Both the position numbers and the translations under genes were made by a program. The notes beneath the pieces were generated by a model. The model had not been told where the DNA came from, did no database searches, and saw nothing but the letters and a program-made list of their open reading frames with translations. A stretch of DNA of 64,000 bases from Octopus vulgaris (lineage: Eukaryota): assembly GCA_951406725.2 (NCBI GenBank), contig OX597840.1:29512001-29576000 (forward strand), read 5' to 3'. Shown in pieces: positions 1 to 13,380 of the stretch. The first letter of the stretch is position 1; the number at the start of each line of letters is the position of its first letter.

Positions 1-57
1 CATGATTCATGAAATGTACCCCTCCCTATTTTTCTCTAATATAATAATTTTTTTTCC

Positions 58-360
58 CACCCTTTTCAAGCCTAGCCAGGCTCATGGGCCCAGTTTCCTG
101 GTTTCTGTGGCGTATGTGTTCCCTCCAGCTAGATGAGACGCCAGTCCATCGCAGCGTTACTCAAGAAACAGGAAGAGAGAATGAAAGAAAGTTGGGGTGA
201 AAGAGTACAACAGGGGTTGCCACCACCCCCTGCCAGAGCCTCGTGGAGCTTTTAGGGGATTTTGCTCAATAAACACACACAACGCCTGGTCTGGGAATAG
301 AAACTGCGATCCTCTGACCATGAGTCTGCTGCCCTAACCACTGGGCCATTGTGCCTCCAC
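58..360 (-). mobile_element. tRNA-derived SINE, family D (V-SINE-like central domain)
   Basis: Minus strand begins gtggaggcacaatggcccagtggttagggcagc (A box), followed by a degenerate B box and ctgcgatggactggcgtc. Homologous to 25656-25958. Confidence 0.7.
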
Positions 361-635
361 TTAATATAATCATAATCTAAACTATTTGAAAGATATCTGT
401 AGAAAATTTCATTAAAAATCTCCATTTTCCTGAGAATTATGAAGAAATGAAATTGGTGGATATTAGGGATGTATTTCTGTGGTTATTCCCGACTCATGTA
501 AGTAAATTAAAATCAGTTTTCGTATTCAGTTTTCTCTTTCTTCAACAACACCCCAAAAATATGAAAAGATGCTGGAATCATCATTATTAGATGGATACTG
601 GATAATTCATAGAAAGTAGCATTGCCAATACTTTG

Positions 636-1192
636 GCACAAGAAATGTGCCTAACTGTGGAGGGAACCTGTGGAAGAGGTTAGACCCAGGAAGACATGAG
701 ACGAAGTGGTGAAGCATGATCTTCAAAGGTTGGGCCTCACAGAGGCAATGACTAGTGACTGAGACCTTTGGTGATATGCCGTGATTGAAAAGACCCATCA
801 AGCCAAGTAAACCCATAATTGTAGATGATGCTGGTGTCACACAACAGGCACCCATGCTGCTGATGTGTAAAAAGCACCCCTTGAATATTGGGCATCACAG
901 AGGTGGTAAGTGACAGAGACCTTTTGTGATATGCTATGCCTCAGAAGACTCATCGAGTCAAGTGAAGGCATCGTTGTAACCAATGCCAATGTCACATAAC
1001 TGGCACCTGTACCAGTGGCACGTGAAAAGCACTCATTACACTCTTCGAGTGGTTGACATTAAGAAGGGCATCCAGGTGTTGAAACCATGCCAAATCAAAC
1101 TGGAACCTGGTGCAACACCCTGGCTCACCAGTACCACTCAAACTGTCTAACCCATGCCAGCATGAAAAACAGATGTTAAATGGTGATGATGA
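636..1192 (+). mobile_element. RTE-clade LINE 3' end: ORF2 C-terminus plus 3'UTR
   Basis: Decayed translation LTVEGTCGRG.PRKT.DEVVKHDLQRLGLTEAMTSD.DLW.YAV matches the RTE C-terminal RGRPRKTW..D...W pattern. It continues into the ggttg.c.ttaggaagggcatcc 3'UTR and ends in (gat)n. This links the dispersed family C tails to an RTE LINE. Confidence 0.8.
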
Positions 1193-1554
1193 CTTTATAT
1201 TTTCCAATAGTTTAATCAGGCACCAAATGCATTAAATAAGGTTTGTAATTGAAGCCTGTATTTGAAATATTCATAGAAGTTTCAAAACCATCTTGTGATA
1301 AAAATATATTAGAATTGGAATTTATACAAGTCTAGCCTTTCTACTTTCTATTAATAAAAGTTAAATAGTTCCAAATGATCGATAATCAATATTTTATATT
1401 GTACTATAGATTTTGAAGCTGAAGTTATCGCCCTTTTCCTTTTTGATCTGAATTTTTGGTTTAGAAACTGATAGCTTGTAATGTACGCAAAATTAAACAT
1501 TTGATTAATCTCTATGGAGGAAAAATATCATGTTGTTATATATTTAGACATGAT

Positions 1555-1802
1555 GTGTGTGTGAGTGTGTGTGTGTGTGTGTGTGCGTGCACCTATGCAT
1601 GTGTGTGTGTGTGTGTGTGCGTGTGTGTGTGTACCATCATTGTTTTTACATAACTTTACCATGCTTGCCTGGACATTTGAAATGATGATGTTTTACACAC
1701 ACACACACACACAAACACACATATATATGATACTTATGTGTGTCTTTGTGTGTATATGTGTGTGCGCGTTTATGTGTATACATATATGTATATATATATA
1801 TG

Positions 1803-1862
<60 letters not shown>

Positions 1863-2130
1863 TAGATATATTTCTATGCATATATAGATATTTGTTTATA
1901 TATGTGTATATATATATAGAGAGAGAGATAGATAGATAATATATATATATATAAATATTATATATATATACATATAGATAGATAGATAATATATATATAT
2001 AAATATTATATACATATATATATACATATAGATATATAATATATATATATATATATACATGCACATACACACACATATATTTACACATGTATATACATAT
2101 CTATCTATCATATCTATATATATCTATATA

Positions 2131-2175
<45 letters not shown>

Positions 2176-2312
2176 ACCCATACATATATGCATATGCATA
2201 CACACATGCATGCATAAACATACAAACACTTATGCACACACATGTACGTACACATACACACACAAATATATACATCCATCAATACACACACACACACACA
2301 CACACACATACA
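1555..2312. repeat. compound (TG)n/(TA)n/(CA)n microsatellite
   Basis: Direct inspection. Confidence 0.95.
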
Positions 2313-2693
2313 TGCAAATGGTATTTAGATTGCTAACATAAAGCGCAGTCAATGCTATATCTGAGATATTAAAACATTAAGTTCTTGTATATTGTTGTCT
2401 ATTGTGCAGTTCCAATCTTGAATTCTTACCAAAGTTAACTTCCTTTTATCCCACAGGAACTGATAGACGTTCAATCAATCAAGCACCAAAATTGGTCTTG
2501 TGGTTAGTCAAACGAGATCAATATTGATGAGTCAACGAGGGACCACCAATGTGATTGTTGTTGTTGATGATGGTGTTCTTGTTGTTTAGCCCATGGTCAC
2601 TTGTGATCGACCATTCTGGTTCTTGATTCCAATGCTTAAGGAAAGCAGAAGCGCTGTAATCCAGGGTGTGCTGTTCTTTTTTCCTTTGTTAAG

Positions 2694-2694
2694 A

Positions 2695-2725
<31 letters not shown>

Positions 2726-3030
2726 GTGTACATGTGATTGTGTATGTGTGTGCATGTGTGTTTGTGTGTACTTGTATGTATGTATGTGTGTGTATATTTG
2801 TGTGTTATGTGTGTTTGCATGTGTGTTTCTGAGCATGTGTGTTTATTTGCATGTAGATGTGTGTGTGTGTGTGTTTGTGTGCATGTATTCATGTGTGTAC
2901 ATGTGTATGTGCTTGTGTGTGTTAGTGTGTGTGTACTTGTGCGTTTTTTGTGTTTTTGAGTTTGTGTGTGTGCATGTGTGAATGCATGTGTGAGTGTTTG
3001 CATGTGTGCATTCATGTGTATGTGTGATTG
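2694..3030. repeat. degenerate (TG)n microsatellite
   Basis: Direct inspection. Confidence 0.9.
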
Positions 3031-3047
3031 TCTGTGGAATTTTTGTT

Positions 3048-3860
3048 TCATGCCACCCAAGACACACTAAAACAAACATCCCTTTCAACCTTGCAAGAAG
3101 GATATGCAGAACAAAATACCAGAAACTTTAGACTGCAAGAACTCAAAAACATCCTAATTGACAGACCCAGTTCAACTCATAGAGGATGGAATTAGACGTG
3201 CAACACAAATCGACATAGAAACCTTAAGAAACACACCTTCCCCAAAAATACTGCCTTACATATCCTCATACAACCCCAGAAACAAAGAAGCCTTCACCAT
3301 CATCACCCAGAATTTACCAATACTTCATAAGGACCCCAAATTAAAGGAAATTCTAAACATACATAAAATCATTAAAAGCTACAAACAACCTAAATCACTA
3401 AAAAAGATCCTCACAAAGGCAAAATTGTTTTCTGAAATAATGGATGTAAAAGTAAAAAAATGTGGTAGACCAAATTGCGTAACATGACCAATCCTTCTAG
3501 AAGGATCAGAATTCCTCTTCAAAGAGGGGCAAAAATTCAAAATCAAATCTGACTTTACTTGTGCACCAGAAAACCTAATTTATGTCATAAGATGCTCGGG
3601 CTGCCACCAAAACTACATAGGGTCCTCGGGATTATCGCTCAGACGCAGATGCACTCTCCATCGACAGCAGATTGCATTCCCAGAATACAGAACGATACCC
3701 TTTAGTGAACATATTGAGAAATGTGCAAAGCAACTACTACCACAATTTCTAATCTTTCCATTTTTTCAATGTGCTATTGGAACACCAACACAAATTAGAT
3801 TAAACAAGGAAACATTCTTCATTGAAAAATATAAACCAAAACATAACCATTCTAACATTT
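3048..3860 (+). mobile_element. Penelope-like element (Neptune-like): RT thumb, Cys linker and GIY-YIG endonuclease; 5'-truncated and decayed
   Basis: SCHPRHTKTNIPFNLARRIC (PLE RT thumb), ...KCGRPNCVT*PIL..., FTCAPENLIYVIRCSGCHQNYIGSSGLSLRRRCTLH...FSEH...RLNKETFFIEKYKP. Contains a frameshift and a stop. Confidence 0.9.
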
Positions 3861-4180
3861 TTATACAAGGAAACTCATCTCATTGAAAAAAAAATATATA
3901 TATAAAGCGATTATCTACCTTATACTGGAAGAAATCCCTGATTACCTTCCCCTGCCTGGAACTCTTCATTTCATATCGAAGACATGACACGATGTAGGTA
4001 AAGAAATTTGAGAAATTTGAAAAGAATATATGAAACCGATTATTTCTCCAAAAACTATGTTACTATACACAAAATTTTCTAACATTTTTCTAACATAACG
4101 ACTTAAATATGTTCTTTAACCTTATAACACAAAACTTCTGTAGTTTTTTCACTCTTTTCTATTTTTTATATATAAGTGTG

Positions 4181-4215
<35 letters not shown>

Positions 4216-4292
4216 ATGTGTGTATATATGTGTATATATCTATATATATGTATATATATGCGTATATATATATGTGTATATATATATATTAA

Positions 4293-4523
4293 GGCGGCGA
4301 GCTGGCAGAAACATTAGCACGCTGGGCGAAATGTGTAGCCGTATTTCGTCTGCCGCTACGTTCTGAGTTCAAATTCCGCCGAGGTTGACTTTGCCTTTCA
4401 TCCTTTCGGGGTCGATTAAATAAGTACCAGTTACGCACTGGGGTCGATGTAATTGACTTAATCCCTTTGTCTGTCCTTGTTTGTCCCCTCTATGTTTGGC
4501 CCCCTGTGGGCAATAAAGAAATA
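4293..4523 (+). mobile_element. tRNA-derived SINE, family B
   Basis: ggcggcgagctggcagaaac head, gagttcaaattcc B box, and gactttgcctttcatcctttcggggtcgat central motif. Many copies in the window. Confidence 0.9.
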
Positions 4524-4616
4524 GTATATATATATATGTATATATATGTGTATATATGTATATATATATATGTGTGTATATATATATGTGTATATATGTG
4601 TATATGTATATGTATT

Positions 4617-4654
<38 letters not shown>

Positions 4655-4701
4655 TCCACAGCTTTGAATAAATTTATATATATCAACTTAATATGCTGAA
4701 C

Positions 4702-5055
4702 GTGAAGTTGCATGGTTCAGTGGTTAGAGAGTTGAGCTCACAATGATGAGGTTATGATTTCAATTCCTGGATCTGGTTATGGTTTGTGTTCTTGAGCAAG
4801 ACACTTTATTTCACGTTGCTCCAGTTCACTCAGCTGTAGAAATGAGTTGCAGCATCACAGGTGCTAAGCTGTAATGACCTTTGCTTTCCCTATGGATAAT
4901 ATCAGTGGCATGGATGGATAGGGGAGGCCGGTATGCATGGGCGACTGCTGATCTTCCATAAACAACCTTGACCAAACTTGTGCCTCGAAGGTAAGCTTTC
5001 TAGGTACTATTCCATGGTCGTTTACTCTCCACAAGTGAGCCTTTCCCCTTTTTAT
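4702..5055 (+). mobile_element. tRNA-derived SINE, family E
   Basis: tggttcagtggttag A box, then cttgagcaagacactttatttcacgttgctccagt.cactcagctg shared with 60318-60645. Confidence 0.75.
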
Positions 5056-5097
5056 ATGTTGAATACCTTTATGTCCCTTACTTGTAAATTGAAAGCC

Positions 5098-5132
<35 letters not shown>

Positions 5133-5133
<1 letters not shown>

Positions 5134-5545
5134 TCTTACACTTTACTCTTTTATTTGTTTCAGTCATTTTAAATGTGGCCATGCTGGAGCACCGCCTTTA
5201 GTCGAGCAACTCGAACCTGGGAATTATTCTTTGTAAGCCCAGTACTTATTCTATCAGTCTCTTTTGCTGAACCGCCAAGTAACAGGGACATAAACATATC
5301 AGCATCGGTAGTCAAGCAATGCTAGGGGGACAAACACAGATACACAAACATACACGCACACACATATATATATACATATATACAACGGGCTTCTTTCAGT
5401 TTCCGTCTACCAAATCCACTCACAAGGCTTTGGTCGGCCCGAGGCTATAGTAGAAGACACTTGCCCAAGGTGCCACACAGTGGGACTGAACCCGGAACCA
5501 TGTGGTTGGTAAGCAAGCTACATACCACACAGCCACTCCTGCGCC
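5133..5545 (-). mobile_element. tRNA-derived SINE, family A (CORE-like domain, internal TA/TG microsatellite, (gtaaaaga)n tail)
   Basis: Minus head ggcgcaggagtggctgtgtggta...gggttcagtccc (A/B boxes) and CORE-like gcaccttgggcaagtgtctt. Full length, flanked by TA. Confidence 0.9.
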
Positions 5546-5953
5546 TACATGTATATATAAATATATATGTATGTACACACGCACACACACGCATATATAT
5601 CCACACAAACACACACAGAGACATATAGAAATATATATCTGCCCAAGAAACTTTCAAAAATCTTATCATATGCAAACATTATTATTGCTGCCGTTGTTGT
5701 TGTTGTTGATGTTGTTGACATTGTGATTGGTGTTGTTGTTGTTGTCATTGTTGTTCTTCCTTGTTGTTGTTGTTGTCTGTGAAATATTTAATAAATGAAT
5801 TAAGTTTGGAGATCATGATTGCGAAATCAAGACAAAATAGTTTTGGGTATGACATATCAATATTCATTTAAACTCTATCATCCAGACGCACGTATATATA
5901 GAAACCAATTTCATTATGTGTGTGTGTATATATACATACATACATACCTACAT

Positions 5954-5984
<31 letters not shown>

Positions 5985-6105
5985 TACATACACACATACA
6001 CTCTGCACACACACGTACATATATATATATATATATATATATCTATGTTTATATATACATATATATATTATATTAAATTAGAGACAAAATAAATATTAGG
6101 GAATA

Positions 6106-6284
6106 ATATATATATATTGATATAAATATACATATGTGTAAGAATATATATATATATATTCTTATATATGTCCATATGCATATACACAGAGCTATTGCGA
6201 AGGTGGTTTTATATATGTCTGGATGACAGTCTCTAAATGTAAACTGATGTGTCTATACATACATATACATTACATATATATTTA

Positions 6285-6337
<53 letters not shown>

Positions 6338-6500
6338 ATATAGATGTATGCATAGACACATCAGTTTACATTTAGAGACTGTCATCCAGACATATATAAA
6401 ACCACCTTCGCAATAGCTCTGTGTATATGCATATGGACATATATAAGAATATATATATATATATTCTTACACATATGTATATTTATATCAATATATATAT
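6106..6500. repeat. near-perfect inverted repeat, ~155-bp arms around a TA-rich spacer
   Basis: 6106-6263 is the reverse complement of 6344-6500. Confidence 0.9.
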
Positions 6501-6521
6501 ACACACACATGAATATTTATA

Positions 6522-6569
<48 letters not shown>

Positions 6570-7343
6570 TATATTTATATCAATATATATATATACACAT
6601 ATGTATATTTATATAAATATATATATATACACATATGTATATTTATATAAATATATATATGTACACATATTTATATAAATATATTTATATACACATATGT
6701 ATATTTATATGAATATATAATATATACATAAGTATATTTATATGACTATATATATATACATATGTATATTTATATAAATATATATATATATATACGTATA
6801 TATGTATACACACATATATATACCTATATATGTTCATATATATATATATATATATGCATATAAACATATACATACATAGATATGTGTGTGTGTATGTGTG
6901 TGTGCATGTATAAAAATCTCAAAACTATGTATGAAAAATATATATCAAATTCTTCTAAGGGCGACATTGATTACAATACACATATACATACATACATACA
7001 TATGCGCGTGTTATAAATTTATATATACATATATAAATGTATGTCTATATATATTTGTATATATATATATATACATACACACACACATACATATATATAT
7101 ACACACACATTTATGTATATGTAGTATATATATATATATGTGTGTGTGTGTCTATACATTGAAAGTATAACTGTTATCTGTACTGGACCCAACAACGATG
7201 CTAATAGGATCAAAATATAAACAGTTGAAGAAGTGATTCATGAGGACCAAAATTAATTTGAGGTTGTTGTTGCTGTTGTTGTTGTTGGCATTTCCTTGCT
7301 GTTCCATAATGGTAATGGTGTATTCTATTGAGAAGAGTCATAT

Positions 7344-7901
<558 letters not shown>

Positions 7902-8367
7902 GATGGAGGCTGGTACAGAAAGAAAATGTTTAAATGATGTATATTAATTCACTGTTTTACTTGTTTCAGTCATTTGATTGTGGCCATGCTGAAGCACTGC
8001 CTTATATGGCTTGGCTTTTATTGTTTACTTGCTTCGGTCATTAGACTGTGGCCATGCTGGGGCACCACCTTCAAGAATCTGTAGTTGAATGAATTGACCC
8101 CAGAACTGATTTTTATTGTTTTAAGCCAGGTACTTATTCTATCCAGCTCTTCTGCCAAATTGCTAGATTAAGGGGATGTAAACACACCAACATCGGTTGT
8201 CAAGTGGTGGTGGGGGACAAACACAGACAGAGACATGCACACACATATATCATCATCGCCTAATGTACACTTTCTATGCTAGCATGGATTGGATGGTTTG
8301 ACCGAAGCTGGCTAAGCAGGGTGCTGTCCAGACTTTGTCTGTTGTTGCTTGTGGCATGCTGGCACAA

Positions 8368-9000
8368 GGCGGCAAGCTGGCAGAAATGTTAGCACACCAA
8401 GTGAAATGCTTTGCGGTATTTCGTCTGCCATTACATTCTGAGTTCAAATTCCACCGAGGTTGACTTTGCCTTTTATCTTTTCGGAGCTGATAAATTAAGT
8501 ACCAGTTATGCATTGAGGTCGATGTAATCGACTTAATCCCTTTGTCTGTCCTTATTTGTCCCCTCTGTATTTAGCCCCTTGTGGATAGTGAAGAAATAGG
8601 TATTTCGTCCATCCTTACGTTCCGAGTTCAAATTCTGCCGTGGTCGACTTTGCCTTTCATCCTTTCGGGGTCGATTAAATAAGTACCGTTTGTCTGTCCT
8701 TGTTTGTCCCCTCTGTGTTTAGCTCCTTGTGGTTAGTAAAGAAATAGGTATCTGTGACTATTAAGGCGGCGAGCTGGCAGAAACGTTAGCACGCCGGGCG
8801 AAATACTTAACGGTATTTCGCTTGTCGTTACGTTGTGAGTTCAAATTCCGCCGAGGTTGACTTTGCCTTTCATCCTTTCGGGGTCGATAAATTAAGTACC
8901 AGTTACGCACTGGGGTCGATGTAATCGACTTAATCCATTTGTCTGTCCTTGTTTGTCCCCTCTGTGTTTAGCCCCTTGTGGTTAGTAAAGAAATAGGTAT
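8368..9000 (+). mobile_element. SINE family B cluster (head, duplicated body, second full copy) inserted in a diverged RTE 3'UTR
   Basis: Two heads (8368, 8765) and an internal body repeat joined at gaaataggtatttcgtc. Flanks 8250-8365 and 9007-9130 are family C-like. Confidence 0.85.
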
Positions 9001-9274
9001 CTGTGACTGGATGCCCTTCCTAATGCCAACCGCTTAACAGCGTGTGCTGTGTACTTTTACATGCCACCAGCATGGTTGCACTCATGCGGTGCTGGTATGA
9101 GTGAATTTTACATGGCACCAGCACCTGTAAAGGACGACCCTGTAAGTGTGGATGACCACAATATATATATATATATATGTATAGGGAGAGTTTACGAAAA
9201 AAAACAAAAGACGAAGACAGGTGGTGTAGAAAACAGACAGATGTATTAGTATAACGCTCAGGAATTGAAAAAGT

Positions 9275-9310
9275 CTTTTACGTTTCGAGCCTTCACTCTT
9301 CTACAGAAAG
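9275..9310 (-). ncRNA. minimal type I hammerhead-like motif, A6U core (CUGUAGA)
   Basis: CUUU-CUGUAGA-a-GAGU gaag GCUC-GAAA-CG-UA-AAAG. Host island 9180-9370 is homologous to 45310-45465. Confidence 0.55.
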
Positions 9311-9540
9311 GGACACAGAAAAAAACAAGGAGAGAAAAAAATGTGTGTAGTGGCTAACGATCTATCATGGCATATATATATATACATGGGTGAATGGTTA
9401 GAAGCTAGCTTCCCAGTCACATAATTCCTGGTTCAGTCCCACTGTGTGGCACTTATAGCAAGTGTCTTCTACCATAGCCTTGGCCAATCAAAGCCTTGTG
9501 AGTGGACTTGGTAGACAGAAATTGAAAGAAGTTCATTGTT

Positions 9541-9575
<35 letters not shown>

Positions 9576-9907
9576 ATGTGTGTGTGATGTTGAATGACAT
9601 AGAAGGCTAAACAATGCAAAATGGACTGTAAGCTGTGGTAACTAAACTTAAGTTACCTGGTAATCTTTGTTTTATTTTTTTTTAATTGTTGTTGCTGTTG
9701 TTTTTTATCTGTTCAGTATTTTGGGGCCTAAAAGTCACTTCCTCAAGGTCTAAGGAACTTTCATTGGATAATGTTCCAATGTCTTCTCTTTGGGATAAAA
9801 TTTTGATTCTGATTTAAATTGTTTCTTAAGTCATTTGCAAGCATTTTTTAATGGTTATTTTGCTTTCCACGGGAATAATATCAATTGCTAATATAGTATT
9901 TTGTGAA

Positions 9908-10138
9908 GACGGCAAGCTGGGAGAAACGTTAGCAGACCAGGCGAAATGCGCAGCCGTATTTCGTCTGCCGCTACGTTCTGAGTTCAAATTCTGCCGAGGT
10001 CGACTTTGCCTTTCATCCTTTCGGGGTCGATAGATTAAGTACCAGTTATGCACTGGGGTCGATGTAATCGATTTAATCCCTTTGTCTGTCCTTGTTCGTC
10101 CTCTCTGTGTTTACCCCCTTGTGGGTAGTAAAGAAATA
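9908..10138 (+). mobile_element. SINE family B with 19-bp TSD
   Basis: taatatagtattttgtgaa at 9889-9907 and 10139-10157. Confidence 0.93.
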
Positions 10139-10224
10139 TAATATAGTATTTTGTGAAATCAATTTTTTTTCTTGCATGAATATTTAGTTTGTATGCCTGT
10201 GGGTGTGTCTTTTATGTCAAGTAC

Positions 10225-10590
10225 TGTCTACTAAGTTCCAATCTATTATTTATTTATAGGTTGGGTCTATGTATGAGCAAGGCCTCCTTAATTCATAAGT
10301 TACCCACATTTCTATTGCTGGCTTTAAAGATACCAGTAATATGTTGGTTGATGTCAATGTGGTTTTTGAATGAGGTTGCACGGGTGTTGAGGTGCTCTTT
10401 AATATGAGTGTGGAGTATTTGAATTGTGTTACCGAAGTAGAACTTCTTACATTTGTTGCATCCAGTCCGGTATGTCATGTGTGTCTGCTGGCACATACCT
10501 GTCTCACAGATGGGGCAGTTAGTCAGCAAGCATTGATTATTGTTGTCTCTGGCTTGGTTTTTAGACAGGTATCCACACAGAGATGGGCCA
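10225..10590 (-). mobile_element. Penelope-like element GIY-YIG endonuclease fragment
   Basis: CPICETGMCQQTHMTYRTGCNKCKKFYFGNTIQILHTHIKEHLN...SFKNH...IKEALLI...INNR, a degenerate GIY-YIG/CCHH pattern. Confidence 0.75.
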
Positions 10591-10790
10591 GTGTATATAT
10601 ATATATATGACTGGCATCTTTCAGTTTCTGTCTATGAAAATCCCTTACAAAGTCTTTGGCTGACTCGAAGATATAGTAAAAGACACTTTCCCAAAGGGGT
10701 CACACAGTGGGACTGAAGCCAGAACCATGTGGCTGGGAAGCAAGCTTCATACAATACAGCTATACCTGATATATATGTACTTATTCTGTC

Positions 10791-10830
<40 letters not shown>

Positions 10831-10893
10831 GTAAGTCCCGGGTTGAGTCGGGGTTAACCACAGTAAATAAGGTACTCAATACATAGCAGAGTA

Positions 10894-10944
10894 AATTTCT
10901 TGATGATTTCTTTTGAATGAAACAGTTCTAGTCCTGTAGAAATT
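10894..10944 (+). ncRNA. type I hammerhead motif, C3U core (UUGAUGA)
   Basis: AAUUUC-UUGAUGA-u UUC uuuu GAA u-GAA-ACAG uucuaguc CUGU-A-GAAAUU. All three stems pair; GUA site. Island between (TA)n tracts. Confidence 0.65.
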
Positions 10945-10954
10945 CCTTCTATAA

Positions 10955-11042
<88 letters not shown>

Positions 11043-11199
11043 TTGTGTGTGTATGTATCTCTCTCTCTCCTTGTCTATGGGTGCAGAACACACATTAATA
11101 TGGAAAGAGAGAGTGAGAAAGAGTGAAGGTAGTGTTAGGGAAAGAGAAAGAGGGAGAAAAAGATAAGAAAGGTTTCTAGTAAAACTTGTAAGCATCGGG

Positions 11200-11310
11200 C
11201 AGACAGACAAACAGACAGACAGCTAGATAGATAGATAGGTAGATGAATAGGTAGATAGATAAATAGGTGGATAAATAGATAAATAGATAAATAGATAGAC
11301 AGATAGATGA

Positions 11311-11374
<64 letters not shown>

Positions 11375-11435
11375 GTAGACAGACAGGCAGATAGATAGAT
11401 AATTAGATAGATACAAACAAATAGATGATAGATAA
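11200..11435. repeat. (TAGA)n microsatellite
   Basis: Direct inspection. Confidence 0.95.
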
Positions 11436-11867
11436 ATACAGAGACTTATAGAGAAGCACAGAGAGGGTGATGGAGAGAGAAAGAAAGAGAGAGATGGACA
11501 GAAGGAATGAAAGCAATAAGGAGACAGAAGAGTGTGGTGAAGAAAGTGTACCCAATGAATGTGTAAGCAACAAGTTGTGGCTAGATTGCTTTGTGATGAC
11601 CTGTCCCACCAGGGGGTCAATGAAATGTCTAGAATGAAGGGAAATATTTAAATCACCATCTCATTGAAGCACAATAATTCGAGAGACAACAGGGGAGAAT
11701 CTGTTTCGTGACTCTCTGTAATTCTGGTGTGTACACATATACGTGTGTATATATATATATATAATTAATTAATAAGGGTGAGAGAATTAGATACTAATTT
11801 AATAGCATATCTATTCAACACCAAGTGGCCCAGTGCCTCGAGCCACATAGTGACCATTCTCTTATAT

Positions 11868-11900
<33 letters not shown>

Positions 11901-12140
11901 CTCTTTACTCTTTTACTCTTTTGCTCTTTTACTTGTTTCAGTCATTTGACTGTGGCCATGCTGGAGCACCGTCTTTAGTCGAGCGAATTGACCCCGGAAC
12001 TTATTCTTTGTGAGCCTAGTACTTATTCTATTGGTCTCTTTTGCCGAACTGCTAAGTTGCGGGGATGTATACACACCAGCATCGGTTGTCAAGCGATGTT
12101 GGGGGGACAAACACAGACACACAAACACATACACACACAT
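11901..12140 (-). mobile_element. SINE family A, 3' half
   Basis: ctcttttacttgtttcagtcatttgactgtggccatgctggagcacc... up to the internal microsatellite. Confidence 0.85.
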
Positions 12141-13380
12141 ATTTATATACACATATATATATATGCATATATATATGTATATTTATAGATATGAGTGAGT
12201 TTGTATGTGTGTGTGTCTGCATGTGTGTGTGTGTGTGCATATGTTCTTTGTGCACTTCAAAACCGAGTTGCCAATTTTGACGTATGGATTATCAAAAGAC
12301 TCAGTAAGCTTTTGGCTACCAACTAAACTATATTTTTATTCACATATTTGCATTACAAAATTTTAACATCATCATTTTTCTTTTAGTAACCTATCGTAAA
12401 CGACATTTTATATCACCACCACAATGACGATGACGTCACATTTTTTATATGAGTGTTCGCAGGTTTATTACCTATGTTAGGCCAATGACTGACAAGTAAA
12501 TGTGTGTGGCAGTGTATGTGTCTGTCAGTATACAAACATTTTTGTGACGACTGACACACACACACATCAAAACAGAGACAGACACACACAGGGACAGAGA
12601 TAGGCTTCAGGTGTGTGTGTCTTAGTTTATTATGTAACTTCCTCCTACCGTAACAGTGAAACACACCAATATTGAAAGTTTGCTTGTGGACTGGACTTTT
12701 AACGAACAGTAATTCTCACTTCCAAGTACTCCCAACATGAAGACTCGCAAATATATCTGAAAAAATATTCTGGTTATTATAACAAATTCGGAAACTTGGC
12801 AAAGCAGAAACCCTCAGCGGTTCTCTGAATATAATTACAGAAATGTTATTCCACTCTTAACCAGTTTCAAGATATTGCTTTTTAACAGTTCTTACCGTAT
12901 TCCTTCTATGATTCTTCATCACTCTGAGTGTCAACGTTGCATAACCTTTCTACTGCATTCAGTATTTATCCAACAGCTTATAACGTTACACAGTTCAAAA
13001 ATATATAGTAATGTCAAATTAATTTATATCTTGCTGCAACAAATATTTTAAATTAACATTCATAACAACAGCATCTTCCTTTTTATACACTTGGTTCAGC
13101 GTTCGTTTCAAAATTGTAAAATAAAATATTTTTGTATAAAAAATTGGATTATGACTTCTGAATTTTCTTGGACTTTCACTTTCTTCACCGTGACATTTAT
13201 TCAGTCATAAATTTTATAACGTTTACTACATGTTACAAATAAATGTTGACTTTCTGTACTCTCTTACACTGGTGACGCATACTAACTTTTCCTAAATTGG
13301 TAACTTTTCATTTTCTTTATCACATAACTATGCTATAGAATGTATGTTTTGCACTTATACTGACTACATTTAGTAACTTT

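Noticed and set aside
3485-3487. In-frame TGA at a conserved Cys of the PLE linker (selenocysteine?)
   Set aside because: One substitution from TGT/TGC in a frameshifted copy; no SECIS recognised.
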